64,000 nucleotides of DNA from a virus, in IMG/VR virus record IMGVR_UViG_3300025853_000057, positions 12,565 through 76,564 of that record; one strand, written 5' to 3'. This document shows positions 9,601-22,800 of the stretch, one piece after another (positions within the stretch are counted from its first letter, which is position 1; each line of letters opens with the position of its first letter). The translations under genes and the position numbers were made by a program. The notes below the pieces were generated by a model. That model had not been told where the DNA came from. It made no database searches and was given only the letters and a program-made list of their open reading frames with translations.

Positions 9601-10893
9601 CATTTTTAAGTCTCCAGGGAAATTCTTAGAGCCTCTAAGCTGGGCATATATAGTGTCAATAAATTGACTAATAGCTTTAGTCTTTTCTACAGTTTCTATA
9701 CTTTCCTTGAGCTGTTGAGTAATGTATTTTTCAGCTCTACTGTTTTTAGGATTTCTTTCTAATAGTAGAAGCCTGTTCTCTAATACCTGTTTAATTTTAT
9801 CTAGGAGCTTATCTGTTTGCTTAAATTTGCTAAAGTCTACATCCTCTTCAGTTACTTCATGTAACTCGTCTAAAAATTTCCTGTAAGCGTCTAAATAAAA
9901 TATAGGTTCAGGAGCTAACTCAGTAACAGTATTTTCTGAAGTGCTAGTAATATGCATAGGTATAATACCTAATTCATTTTGGTCACTAAAACTGTAACCT
10001 TGAGACATTGCTAGTCCTTTGTAAATAGATAGCTGTCCAGAGTGTTTATCTTTTCTAGAAGCTTTTTTACCTCCTTTGAACCTCCTATCATATTGGTTTT
10101 CAAATTTTCCTGTGTTGTAAGGAGCAAACCTTTTAGTATCAGGGTCATAGTTAGTAGGGTTAACACTACTCTTTAAATCAAAAATACGAATACTACCATC
10201 AGGGTCTACAACTACAATATCTGCTGTACCTGCTACTCCTTTTTCTACATTGAAAAATTTAATCTGAGATAATACTACTGAGTTAGGAAAAGACTTTACA
10301 AAGTTATTTAGTGCTTCATAGGCAGTATTAAAAGCTTTATCACTAAGCATTAGGTCATTACCCTCACTAATAGCAAATTGCTTTAAATCTTGTAAAGTAT
10401 CTCTTTCATTTTTTCCTAGAGTTATACTACTTAATATAAAGTCTATTTGGTTACCCCACTGTCTATTATCTTCATACAGAGTTTCATCACCATCAAAACC
10501 ATAGAACTCTTTATCAGAATTTTCTAGATATGTAGTAGCTCTTTCTAAAGGTGTTCCTGTAGCAGTATGTACATAAGTTTCATCATCCTTACTACTTACT
10601 TCTGTTTGTTGTAAAAGCAAACTTTCTATAACCTCCTTCATCTTTTTAGGAGGTTTATTCCCTGTTCTACTTTCGTAGTTTTCTAGCTGGTTTTGATAAT
10701 TCTGTATGTCACTAGGACTTAGTTGATTATATTCTGAACCAATTAAAGGATTTACCTTATCTAAAAATCCTTCTATTTCTTCTAAACTAGGTATCTCATA
10801 ACCATTAGCTATAAACAGTTTATAAGCTGAAAATACTCCTAGTGATTCTTCAAGTAGTCTCCATTCAGGAGTGTTTTTATTAGGACATGCCAT
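6634..10893 (-). CDS. large virion ejection/cargo protein with N-terminal PD-(D/E)XK nuclease domain
   Basis: 1419 aa; GVAGTADIV...FDLKSS...QLSIYK; hydrophobic C-terminal helices; follows the vRNAP gene as in crAss-like phages. Confidence 0.75.
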   Translation of the reverse strand: MACPNKNTPEWRLLEESLGVFSAYKLFIANGYEIPSLEEIEGFLDKVNPLIGSEYNQLSPSDIQNYQNQLENYESRTGNKPPKKMKEVIESLLLQQTEVSSKDDETYVHTATGTPLERATTYLENSDKEFYGFDGDETLYEDNRQWGNQIDFILSSITLGKNERDTLQDLKQFAISEGNDLMLSDKAFNTAYEALNNFVKSFPNSVVLSQIKFFNVEKGVAGTADIVVVDPDGSIRIFDLKSSVNPTNYDPDTKRFAPYNTGKFENQYDRRFKGGKKASRKDKHSGQLSIYKGLAMSQGYSFSDQNELGIIPMHITSTSENTVTELAPEPIFYLDAYRKFLDELHEVTEEDVDFSKFKQTDKLLDKIKQVLENRLLLLERNPKNSRAEKYITQQLKESIETVEKTKAISQFIDTIYAQLRGSKNFPGDLKMLEKTIRDAKEGNNADKAEMITRLVKAKETVDMLKPIVSQIQAFLDMEIGGKEALTPGTPLSKANSIVAAFSRIESIYNEEMNPQVAKLLSESISKKANIKHIEEITSLKKKLGKLDPDSRAYKLTKRRLETLEKEIGEDGVTYNTILKALEDGSNRDVPFLDFLLTPAISSSNPIVALFAKTLKAAYENARQISIRTAHKASKGFKKYATSTSENRNVPSSFYKPFYTRTKVYDHGKKELVDKMAFVQEVDMSAYNEALNNMYKQAESITDPTQKNAFIQSWYKENTEALPYEDRTVTNPETGEVVVIEKGRKTIIEEHKKLVEDNVISEKQFEFWLKNNQVEIQGVTYYSRDFSRPSRAKYADPRYKQIQSSKNKKEFYDLLIATYFKSQQRVPDRAKRGYILPSVAKSDIDRLVENGAINYAKYSWRNLVKYTEEDAFIYGEKVEGQKVIPVLYTQNMPAEDVSLDLLSSVLMFDQASLKFEAANESVVVGTAALESTKQNPPLKTDALGNRFISEAAKKAGITSWDKYVKKHGGNNIAALLEVFMDMQIYGVQQLESKTAIAGKVVDFNKLAANLMGFGSKTQIGGNPVGSAANSLQANAQLMIEAASDEFFNQKEVAWAKVYYARNIGNYVKDFTQPTATSFIGQLIELYDPMQGEYTDRYGRKVSMSAMKKAWSTDTWFFLQNQGEHAIQVQAMLAMLKRNKVKQKIGGITKEISLIDAYELGPDGAIRLKEGVSLEGTPTANGLVDMDIQNSLHAINKRMHGVYNNFDKVTAERHWLGRLALMYRKFFPSGMKKRFKTYGLDQELGAPTEGYYNTFFRLVTSQLKDTLIQLSPFSSSENLTPLERRNLSRAGAELAFISVTGIISMILARLSDEADDEDKKLLAYPLLFSLRLHQELFGFINPIANYKTFSNPMAAQTVIEKTIRLIKQLFNPLETYQRDTGVWEKGDYKIVAKFLKLLGSGRIETIMSPDELIKVMQNLRI

Positions 10894-13800
10894 TAGTTAC
10901 AATTATTAAGTAGTTCTAATACATCTGCATCATTTACATTTACAAATGTACTAAATAAAGTAGTAGCTCTATCTTCTGTAGATTCCATAGGAGCTTGCAG
11001 TTGATTATTTACAAACCCTCTAAATCCTTCTATATCTTTTTGAGAACCTAATATGTGAATTTGTTCTGGTTTTTCAACACCATATTGATTTAAAAATTCT
11101 CCTTGTTCAAACTGTTCTTCTGATAAACTTTGAATAAAATTTTTACTATAATTTTCTATAAATCCATCATCATTATTTACTTTATTAATATTATTATCAA
11201 TAAAAGTAGAAGGATTTTTTAAATTAATTATTGCAGTTATTGTTCTTGAAAGACTTTTAAAACCAGGTGTATTTAATTTACCAAAATAAATATAATCTGC
11301 TCCACTTTGATAGAAAGATTTATCAAACTTATCAAATTTTGCATTTGTTCCATGATAAACAATATCTTTTACTTTACTATCTGGAAATATAGTATCTAAA
11401 TATTGAGAGTATAGTTGTAGAGCTTGTTGTTTTTGTTGTGGGGTTATTTTAGATAACTCTAACTCAACTAAATTATTTGGTAATCCTGATTCTCCTTCTA
11501 TTTTCTGTGCTTGGCTTAACTCTAAATTTATAGTTATAAAATCTGTTAATCTTTCTTTTTCCTTATTTCCTATTAATACCTTTCTAATTTGTTTAGAAGT
11601 AATTTCATGCTTATACTTTAAATATGCTTCTAATTTTTTAGCACCTGTATATTCTTCTTCATTTAAAGGATTTTGGTCAGGATTTTCTGCTAAAAAGTCT
11701 ATAACATCTTTATATATTTCAATTTCTTTTTCTGTTAATCCAACAGTAGTTTCTAATTCAAATTTTAAATTACCTCTATTATTATATTCTTTTAAAGCTT
11801 CTTCAGCTTCTTCTTTTATAAAGAATATATCAGATTGGATATCTTCATCTATGTTTACTACAAAATAAGCAGTTCTAAACTGTTCAACATATTTTTTAAG
11901 TTTATTAACTTGCTCTTCTAACTGAGTAGCTTCTCCAATTTTAGTTTTAAAATCTTGAACTTTTAGTTCATTTATACCTTTAACAAACCCTAAAGCTTCA
12001 TATACTTGGTTAGCTAATTCAGGATTAGAATCAAATAGTTCTTGTACTCCTGGTTTGATAGTACCTCTAGCTTTTGGTGTACTTCTGTAAGTCCTATTAG
12101 CCAATCTTCCTAGGTTAACAGGATTATCTACTACTAACATAGAAGCTAAATCTTCTAATGTAGTCTCAGGATTTAGTTCAGAAGGTATAATAGCTTTTTT
12201 AGAATCAGCTAACAAGGATTTAATATACTCAGATACTTTTCTAAGGAAAGTCTTAATAGCATTCCATAAACCTTTTTCTTGTTTAACACTTTCTAAATCA
12301 GCAGCATATTGGCCTATAAGGTCTACAATAGCTTCTTCTACTTGTTCTTCATAAGATAACTCTGGGTAATTCTTTTGTACTCTAGCTAAAGTCTTTTTAC
12401 CTAGCTCAGAATTATTAACCTGTTTTGTTAAGTTTTTATAGAGCAGTGGATTTTGAAGTTTTACAATAGCTACAAAAGGGTGTGCAAATTCATGGAAAGG
12501 AGTATCTAGCCTAGCTTTATCAGGGTTTATTAAAACTCTACCATTTTTAAATTGTCCTAGTCCAGGAATAGAAGTGTCAAATTCCCAGTCTATGCCAAAC
12601 TTAGCGGATAGCTTATCTAGTAATGAAGAAAGTTGCTCTCTGTTTATTGTTTGTTTTTCTGAGGATTTAGATTGAAAGGGGTTTTTGCCTCCTAAATTCT
12701 TAAGTATACTTTCAATTTTATCTTTATTCTCGTTAATATCAGATAGGAAGCTATTAAACATAGGCTTCATAAAGTTTTTATTATCAGAATTAGGAAGTTG
12801 GTCAAATAGTTTAAGTAAATACTCTTTAGTTATTTCAGGACTTGGTTCTTCTTTCTTTTCTACAGGAGTTTTTTCAGTAGGAGTAGCTTTAGTCTCAGGC
12901 TTAACTTCAGCTTTAGACACACTACTAAGTTGGTTAAGGAAATTCTGTAACTCTGGACTAAGTGTAGTAGCTTCAGCTTGTTGCTCCTCAGCAGTAGTAG
13001 TAGTTTGCTCTTCTTTCTCTTCCCTTATATAGTCTAAAGCCTCTACTCCTGCATTAATATCCTCTATAGTCCAGAAGAAAGGAGATATTTCTTTAGTTAG
13101 TATAGGATTAACAGCTTTGTAATAAGCAGCTACTCCATTCACATCAGTACCTTCATTAAACAAGTTACCATCCTTATTTAGAGTAACTGTATCACTAGCT
13201 TCTGGAAGACCATCTTTAATACTTACTTTAGACCTCTGCTTTTGTACAGCATATAGTCTATATATTCTTGATGTAGGTATTCCCTCTGGAGAGAACTCAA
13301 CAATTTTAAAATATGCAGGATAGTTTAATTTACCATTAGAACCTTTACTTACAAGACCTGTACCCTTTATTGCTTGAGCGTTAATTCCCATCTTCATCTT
13401 ATCATTGCTACTAAAAGCTCCAGAAGGTTTTACTTCTACCCCAGCATATAAGTCAAATCTAATAACACCATTTCTATCATCCTTAAATACAGGAGAGTTT
13501 TGTTTTATAATTTGTATAAGCTGCTCTTTAGTAATATTCCCTGCTTCCTTATCTTGTTTAAGCTCTTCTACAAAAGCTTTAAACTCTTCATCCTTTGAGT
13601 AATCTTTAAAGAGATTCTTACTGCTAGTAGTTCTAAGGTCATAGCCATTAGGCTGATATCTAGCATAAAGGTCTACAAATTCTTGGATAAGTTCTCCTTT
13701 AGATATTCCAAATACTCTTACAAAGGTTTTATTAGATAACCCTGCAAATAAGTCTTGTACTTCATCAAGAGAATTAGAAATATTAGTTAAGTAATGAGGA

Positions 13801-16800
13801 GCTATCTGTCTTATGAAGCTATCATTTTTAAATAGTCCTCCATCTTTCATTAATAGGTAATAGAAAGCTCTAGCTGCAAATAGTCTAGCTTTAGGATTTT
13901 CAGAAGTGTAAAGCTCTCTAAAAGAATCCATAAGCTTTTGTACATAGTCAGAATTATTTTTAGTTCTAGTATTAAGACTCATCTTGTACAGAGAGTGGCC
14001 ATCTAATCTAGTAGCTTTATTCTTGAAAGGAATAACCTCAGGAAGCAATGCTCCAAGAAACTCATTACTTCCAACCTCATCTAAAGCAGATACCTCTGCA
14101 TACAACTCATGTAAATACGATGGGTCAAATAACTTAGTAAGATTTAAACCTTTTACTTTATTAGCATACTGATGCTTATAAGCCCTCATAGATAGGAAAG
14201 ACAGCAAAGATTTACGAATCTTTTTGGCTTTATCATCTATAGCCATAGTATTAGGTCTTAGAGAAGTTTTTAAAACTTCTACAATATCCTTTGCTGGTTT
14301 TGCTTCTAGTAAGAAGAACTTAGGAGATTCATGGTTAATAATAGCAGTCTGAGCTTTTAGATTAGTAGATAAGATTTTATCCTTCTTAACTAAGTCTAAA
14401 AGGTCAAGTGGATAGTCTCTAGCTGCATAGCCTTCTACATGCTCTATTGAATAGTCATTAAGATTTTGAGGGTTGCCATCCTTGCGTAGTACAACTCTAA
14501 GACCTAAGTTCTTAATAGACTCTTGAACATTATAATTCTCTGAAAATGTAGGTTTAGCTCCTTTAGCTAATCCTATAATGTCTGTAAAGTTCCTTAAGAA
14601 ATCTGATACTTCTTTAAACAGCTTAATGGTTTGTAAAGCATTAACTTGTATAAAGTTATATTGGGCTTCAGTTAATGTAGAAGAGGTGGGGTCTTGAGCA
14701 TATAGTAATGCTTGGATAAGGTTATCTTCAGTTAATGCTACTTCTTCAGTATCTTTTCCTTGGTATTCTCCTAGAGTTTTTGCTACTAACTTAAAAAAAC
14801 CTTGTGAGTACTCTCCTTCTTTAATAGGAGAGCTATCAGCATTAATGAGATTTACAAGCTGTACAACAGCAGGTTGCATACCTGATAATACAACTTCATT
14901 AAACCCTTTACCTAATCCCATTTGAGTAAGGCTAGTACCTAAAAGCTGATAAGCCATGTTAAACTTAGAAGCTTTAGGGTCTTTACCATTATCTGTCATG
15001 GCATTAAGATTCTGTCCTATGAGGTTATTAACCCTAATACCTACATTATTTAGGATAGAATCATCTTTTTGATTCCTTGATAATTTAAATCCTTTTGCAT
15101 ACTCTTTAAATGTTTCAGCTACTTCTTTAGCCTCCATCCATTCAGCACTTAGGCTAACTCCAGCTTTAGCTAATCTCTGAAATATGAGGTTAAATACAGC
15201 TACAGGTCCAATATTCTTTGTACCTGTAGCATTATTAACACTAGCATTTGTTTTGTTTAATGGGTCATAGATACCAGTAACTTCTGTGTTATCTTTAACT
15301 CCAGCTTCTCTAAGTCTTTTTTCTAATTTATCAAATGCTTCTGTAGAAGTAACCTCATTGGAAATATCTTCATTAGTATCATTATAAATGAAAGCTCCTG
15401 CAACAGGTACAAGAAGGTTATTTATTTCTGTAATAGTTAAAGGATTTATAGCTGAGATATTTCCCTTCTCAAAGCTACTTCTGTTAGCAGAGATTACCTC
15501 ACTGAACCTCTGGTTAAAAGCATCTTCTGAAGCTGAGTAACCTAGTTTATCTAATTGCTTAATAGATTCTTCAGTTCTTACAGTTCTAATAAAGTTTTTA
15601 GTGTTTTGTATCTTAGATTTATACTGATTTAAAACCCTTTGGATTTCCTTAAGATTTCCTCTAGCAACATTTTCTTCAAGCATTAGAGCTGTTAGCTCAC
15701 TAAAGTCCTTGATACCTTTAAGACTAGTATCTAGGTTATCATCACTTGTTTCTGTTACATCAGCATCTTCAATATTACCTTCTTCAAAAGCTTCATCTAT
15801 ACTAGATAGAATCTCAGCAATTTGTTGTTTAGCTTCCTCTGCACTAGGCTTAAGTTTATTAAGTTCAGACTTTAAATTATTTAGTGCTTCTAAAGCTTCT
15901 TGATATTTTTTATTCTTTAGAAGTGCTTCTTTGGTATTTTCTTTTACATCATATAGTTGAGATTTCTCTCTTATATATTCTTCTCTAGCTTGCTTAATAG
16001 CTTCTTCTACATTATCAGCTTTTAAGTACTGACCAAACCAATGTATTTTATCATTACTATCTATAAAGTAATCTACTACCCTTACATACTCTGCATCAAC
16101 GTCAAAGTCAGCACCAGAGAGTTTTAGAATTTCATAAGGCATAATAATTTCATTACCTGTTTCCATAGGTAAGAAATCTACTACCTTAAAGTAGCCCATT
16201 GAGTGTTTATCATCTGTAGGAATTCTAACACCATACATCTCTAAAATCTCAGGAGGAAGTTCATCTCCCTTCTTAAGATTTAAGTGTTCAGCAAACTGAG
16301 CAGAAATCTTAATTTCTGTGTAGTATTTACCATCAGCATCTTTCTTTCTATAAGCTAATCTTCTAGTTGTTACTTTACCTGCATACTTAGAAGGATTGCT
16401 TCTAAATTCTTTATCAGTAATAATTTTACCATCTAGCTCCATTACACCAGTACCATGGTCTGTTCTAAGAGTAAACTTATGCCCAGGAGCTTTATTCTTT
16501 AGCACATTTTTAGATACAAAGCTTAGGAACATTGACTCCAACTTATCAATGGTACTAGGCATATTTAAGTTGTACTTAGGTAAATCTTCAGCTCCTTCCA
16601 TAGCAGATACCATCTCAATTAAATAGGAATCTGCACCTGTCTGCATTAAGCTTTCTTTAAAGAGCTTTAGAAGATATGTGTACCTAGGCTTATCATTAGA
16701 AGAAATAATCTTCTGCATCTCTTTAAAACCTTCTTCAGTTCTAAGAGATACAAGGTTTTCAAAAGCATCTTGCAAGTCACCTAAAGTAGTAGTTGTGCCA

Positions 16801-19800
16801 AATACAGATACTTTAGTTGTACTTTTCTGCTCTGAAAATAATAATGCCAAAGCCTGAATAGGGTCTATAATTTTAGACTTGAGGTTATCTGTTTTAACTT
16901 GCTCTTTAAAAGCTTCATCGTCTACATCAAATCCTTCAGAATCTACAATAAATCCTACTTCATTATTACCAGAGATTGAGCCTACATTAATCTTAGCTCC
17001 TTTCATTGAAGAGTCATAAGCTAGAATATCTGTACCAGTACTTTCTAAGTAATTTAAAGTATCATGGTTTAATCTCTCAGAAGGTATAGGTTTCCAAATA
17101 GCATGGATTTGCTTATATAACTCTTGCATTCTATTTACATCATTTACCCTTCTTGCATCAAAAAGTAAATCATATAGATAGTCTAGCTGCTCTCTATCTT
17201 CCTTTGTCTCTACATAAGAAGTCTGGCTTCTTAGTAAGGTAACAATAGAAGTTTTATCATAGAACCAACGGTTAGTACCTACAATTTTTCTAGGCATAAC
17301 TAAGGCTCCTGCATCCTTTAGAGTTTTAATCTCTGAAGGAGTAAGCTTATAACCTTTTTCTAATCTGTTATAGATTTCATCAACAGCTTTAGTTTTCTTA
17401 CCTAGTGAAGTCAAATACTTTCTTCTGTACCAACTTAATGTTCCTATGTTTTGTGCATCTGTAGTATCTTGTGAATCAAGGTCTTTTATATTAGCTGCAT
17501 CAACACTATCTTTATCAAATCTATCTTTAGCTTCTACAGACCTAACTACAGCTACTTTAGTAGTACCTGTACCTAATGGAGGTCCAGCAGCAATTGTTTT
17601 AGACATTCTTTTGATAAAGTCTACCATATCCTTATAGCTCATCTTTAGGTTACCATGTATAAGGTTTCCAAAAGCCATTGAGCCTAGCATATCATTAAAG
17701 AAGTATTCTTTGAGCCTTGTTATATTAACTGTACCATCATTCTTTTCATAGAATTTAGGCAGCATTTTGTTTTTGTATACTGTTACTGTTTCTGCTTCTT
17801 CAGCAACAGCTTCTTCAGATTTTTCCTCTTCTTGAGTTTTTTTCTCATCACTAGTAGTCTCTTCTTTTCTAATAAGACTTCTAGCAGGAGAAGCAAGTGT
17901 TTCTAAGTATTGACCAAAAAGGTCTTGAGCATAAGACTGAATAAAAGGTTCTAACCTTTCTTTAGTCAAAGGCTTGCCCTCTCTAGCATCAGCTAATAAC
18001 TGTTGATAAAGTTCAGGACTATATTTCTGTAGTGCAGCTTTATACAAGAAGAAATCATGGCCTTTACCTTTTGTATAGTCTTTAGTACCATCTTCTCTTA
18101 GTTTGTAGTGGTAACCTTCAATATCAAAAACAGGATTACCATTATTGTCTACACCATCATTTTCTAAAATAAACTTAATCTCTTGCTGTACATTAGCTAA
18201 ATCCTCATACTCCTGTAGTATGTCTCTAAACAAAAACTCTACACCTAAAGTATTTAATTCCCCATCTCTGTTAACAAATTCATGTACAGGAAGATTAGTA
18301 GCTGTTTGAGTATTTTTATCAGAGTTTACTTGTGTAATAAAAGGTGCTAGAGTTCTTTCTTTAGCTCTATTATCTTTAGCCAAGCCTCTTGCTCCAGGAA
18401 GTCTAAATAGTTTTCTAAGTTTATTGCCTATACTTTCAGCAAACATACTTAGTTTAACTAAGTCTATGCCTCCTCCATCTAGCTCTGCATAGGATGAAGC
18501 ATCACTATTTTTGTAAGTATCTTCTACAAATTCAGCTTCTCCATCTACTTCCACTTCAGATAATGAAGTAGTTCTAAGACCATCCATTAAGAATGTCTGT
18601 AGCTGCTTTAACACAGCTAAGGAGTAAGCTTCATTATCTTCTGTTATTAAAGTGCTAGTAGTGTTACCATCACTATTAACTTGATACTCTACACCATTTA
18701 GGTATGGGTTATGTTTAATAGCTTGATAAAACTTCTTAGCTATATAGTAAGGATAAGGAGTACCTTCATACTTAAACATCTCTTGAGCTATTAAAGCTCC
18801 TTCATCATCAGATACTTTATCTCTAATAGCTCTAAGTAATTCCTTAGCAGTTTCTGTTCTTTTGTTCCACTTCTTAGTCTCAGATATTAGATATGTTTTT
18901 TGAATGAAAGAATATATATCCTGACCTTTAGCATTTTGGAAAGTAGTAGTACCTACAGATTCATCAAATACAGCATTGTTTTCTGCAATAGCCTGCAATC
19001 TACCAATGGCCCCTCTATCTGTTTTAGTATCACTTTCATTTAGATTCTTTACAAATGGATTGTTTTGTGCAGCTATAGAAGAACTTAAACCTGTTAAATC
19101 ATCTTTAGTTAAAGGCTTTACATCAGAAAATAAATACACTTCTTCTAGTAAACCTTCATAAAAATCTTTTTCATTAGGTGTTTCAGGTTTAGATATATAC
19201 TGCTCAAGAGTGTTAACATGATTACTTAGGATGCTAAATCTTATATACCCTTCAGATAGATTTATACCTAAATCACTAAAAGCATTTTTAATAGATTGAA
19301 TAGCATTACTTAGGTTTTCTTCACTTTCTATATTTTCAGAGTCGGTAAAAACACTTCTAATGTTTTTAATTAGCTCTAAGTTCTCTTCTCTATACTGCAT
19401 ATTATTTCTACCACTATTGATGAAAGCTTTAGCCCATTCATTAAACTGGGTTATATTAACATCTCTAGTGTTAGACTTAAATGTTTTAAAGTCCTTTTTA
19501 GCTTTATCATAAAGGACTACTAACTGCTCTGCTTTATCCAAAGCAAATGCAGAAGCAAAAGTAGAGAACAAAGCAGACTGCTGTAATACTTCAATATCTT
19601 TTTGTAACTCAGAGTCTCTAGAATCAAAATTCTCAAAGCCTAAGTCCTCTAATTGTAAGTTTATATTTGTAGTTAGGTGGTCATAGAAAGCAGCTACATT
19701 ACTATTGGTTCTAGCTAAATTTTTAAGCTTAGAAAGCATATCTTTAGGGTGAGTACTTTGCAAACCTCTTTGTACAGCAGTATAGATAGTATAAGGGTTT

Positions 19801-22800
19801 GAAGCCATTTGGAATTTATCATTAGATAAATCTGCTAATTCTCCAAAACCAAATTCATCAATAGCTTGAGAAGAGAAAGCTATAAACTTTCTCATTTCTT
19901 TAGACAGTTGTACAAATCCTCCTACCTCTGCAATGTTTACATCAAAAGCTCTTTCAGGAGCATCATCAGCAAAGCTTTCTTCCTGAGCATTTTCTTCTAC
20001 AGTATTAATATCAAATACTTGAAGCCTCATTTCTATTTCATCAGTGAGAAGTTTTTCATTCTCAGGAATACTTAAAGACTTAGAAATATTACGAATCTTA
20101 CCTACAATTTGAACAGCTTTAGGCTTATTAGATTTTACCAAAGCATCTATCTCAGTTCTAAAATTTTCTACAGAATAGTAGTTACTAGACATATCCCTTA
20201 TTAGGTCTAATATATCTCTTTTAGACAAAGAGCCTTTTTCAGACTTTAGCTGTAGAGCTTTGATAGCTAAAGTATTTATAATCCTTTCACTTTGGTCTTT
20301 ATTAAGAAATCCTCTTTCAAGAGACTTAGTTTGATTATTGTAATAAGGTTCTCTTTTAAGTAAAGCAAACGCAGGTTTCCTAAAACTTTGGAGCTTGTTA
20401 TAAGGCTTTGCTGTTCTAAATTTACCTGAATAAATATCTTGGAATAAAATGTCTAAGTCATTCTTATTAGACTTTACAAACCCTAATAGCTTCTTAATCT
20501 TATGATATAGTATTCCTAGAATACCTTTAGGCTTCTGCTCTTGTTCTAAAGCATACTTTTTAAAAGCTTCTGCCATTTGTTCTTCTAACCATAGTTTCTC
20601 TAACTCTAATCTAGTTAGGTCAGCAAACATCGAAGAAGAGTTTCTAAGGTCATTTAGGTCTTGTAATGTAGGATTACCATAGGCTTTTCTAGCTGCAAAA
20701 TAGTAACTGTTTATTTGAGTAGGACTTAACAAAGTTCTAAATACTGCATGGAAAGCCTCATGGTACTCAGTTCCTACACCTGCTTTTTTAGATAGGTAAA
20801 TTACATTGTTATAAAAAGCTCCCCATGTAATACCATTATTTCTTACATTATTTAGTAAGTTCCTAACATCATCCATAGAGAAAATCCCATTAGGATTCTC
20901 TGGAGTTCTCATGTTAAGCATTCTGGCTAAAGTTTGTTCAGCCTTTTTAATGTCTATCTTTTCTTTAGCTTCTGTTTGACTAATACTAAAAGGAGCTTCA
21001 TCTCCTTCATCTTTAGACTTTAGTTCTGCAAGCCTTCTTTCTAACTCTATATGCTCAGGAGAATTTTCTACTAAAGTTCCTAAAGCTAATCCTTCATCTA
21101 TCTGATTTTGTAAATTTCCAATAGTATCTTGAGGAATATTCTGTTGAGTAGGAGTACTTTCTAAAGGAGCTAGTTCTGCATTAGCTTTTGCTAATCTTTC
21201 TTCTGCAATAGCCTTGTATTTATTATATTGAGCATTTATAAATTCTTCAGCTTGTTCATAAGAATCAAAAAAAGTAACTTCTACTTCAGCTCTTTCAGTA
21301 AGGTTTCCATCTGCGTCAACTTCTGCTGGTTTATGAATTTTTGTAATTACGTCAACTCCCTCTTGTGTGGTATCTTTACGCTCGTCTTTAAAGTCTCTTA
21401 CATCATAAATATTTCCAACATCGTGTTTTTGCCCAACATTAAATTTTGGATGATTAGCATTTGGATTTAATTTAGATTCTACATTATCTAATTGCCTTTG
21501 AGCTTTTTCTACATCATCTTTAGTATCTGTAGCTGTAGATTCTGGTTTTTCTCCACCTGGGACAGCTTCACCTGAACTTAATAATAACCTACCTTTAATT
21601 GCAGAACGTAGCTCTGCAATATCCTCATCTGTAAGGCCATGTTGCTGTTTCAATGCTTGAAGAAGCATATCTACTTGAGCTTTATCCTTTAGCTGCTCAA
21701 TAGGTATTCCTTTAATTTTCTCTTTAAATGCTTGTTTAGCTTTATCTCTGTCAGACTTAGAAGTGTCTTGACCAGATTCTTCTTTTTCTACTTTTTTCTT
21801 ATATGTTCTGCTTCTAGCATTTAAAGTAAGTTTAAATACAGGAGCAGAATGTAGTTTAATTTGAGAAAGGTTTTCTGCTGTATTTTCATCATTTACAGCA
21901 TCAATCTTTTTTAGAATATTACCTATTTTAATAACCTTACCAGCAGTATCAAGTACTCCTTGGTTTTCAGGGTTTTTCTCATGGTAGTATTTTATTTGAC
22001 CATTAATCTTTTCAATTAAAGTCTTTAAGCTTTTAATCTCTTCGTTAAAGAAATATAGCTTACCATCCTTTACAGATAACTTTAAGTTAATAAAAGCTTT
22101 AAAAGCTTTTTCCTTACTTCCAGGAGAGGAAAGCTGCAACTGTACTTTAACAGTATCATTATCTTCATAAGACACTACTGAAATCTCTGCTTCTGAAGAA
22201 TTAGACTTAATGTAATTTCCATCTTTATCTTGAGCAGAAGTCTTTATAGATAAGAATAAGTTATTACCTGAAGAATCTTTAACAGTAACAGGTTTTATCT
22301 CTTCTCCTTCTTTTCTAGACTTTTTGTTAGTAACCTGCTCTTCTGCTGCTTTTAAAATACCATCTACTATTTCAGGAACACCATCTTCTTCTAGAGGAGC
22401 TGTTACTGAAGGAAATCCTAAAGAAGCCATTCCTACAGTACCTTTAGTACTGCCAGGATATAGAAGAGCAAATTGGCTGTTTACACCCTCTAAATTAGGA
22501 TTAGCCTTTATACTATTTTCATATAAAGTTTGTATAGCTCTGTAAGCTTTATCTTCTTCATTTAGTAATCTCCAAGAGTTTCCTTCTTTTACATATATGT
22601 CTAAGCGGTCTGCTCTTCTACTAACTACAATAGTATCAGATTTAGATACTTCTTTACCTTTCTCTTTGTAAGAATAGGCTACACTTACTTCTTTCTTAGA
22701 ATTATCTAAGTATTCTTCTAAAGAAGGTCTGTTCTCTAAAAGCTCATCTTTTAAACTATTATAGCCAAATCTAGATTTTACAAAGAATGTCTTCTTAATG

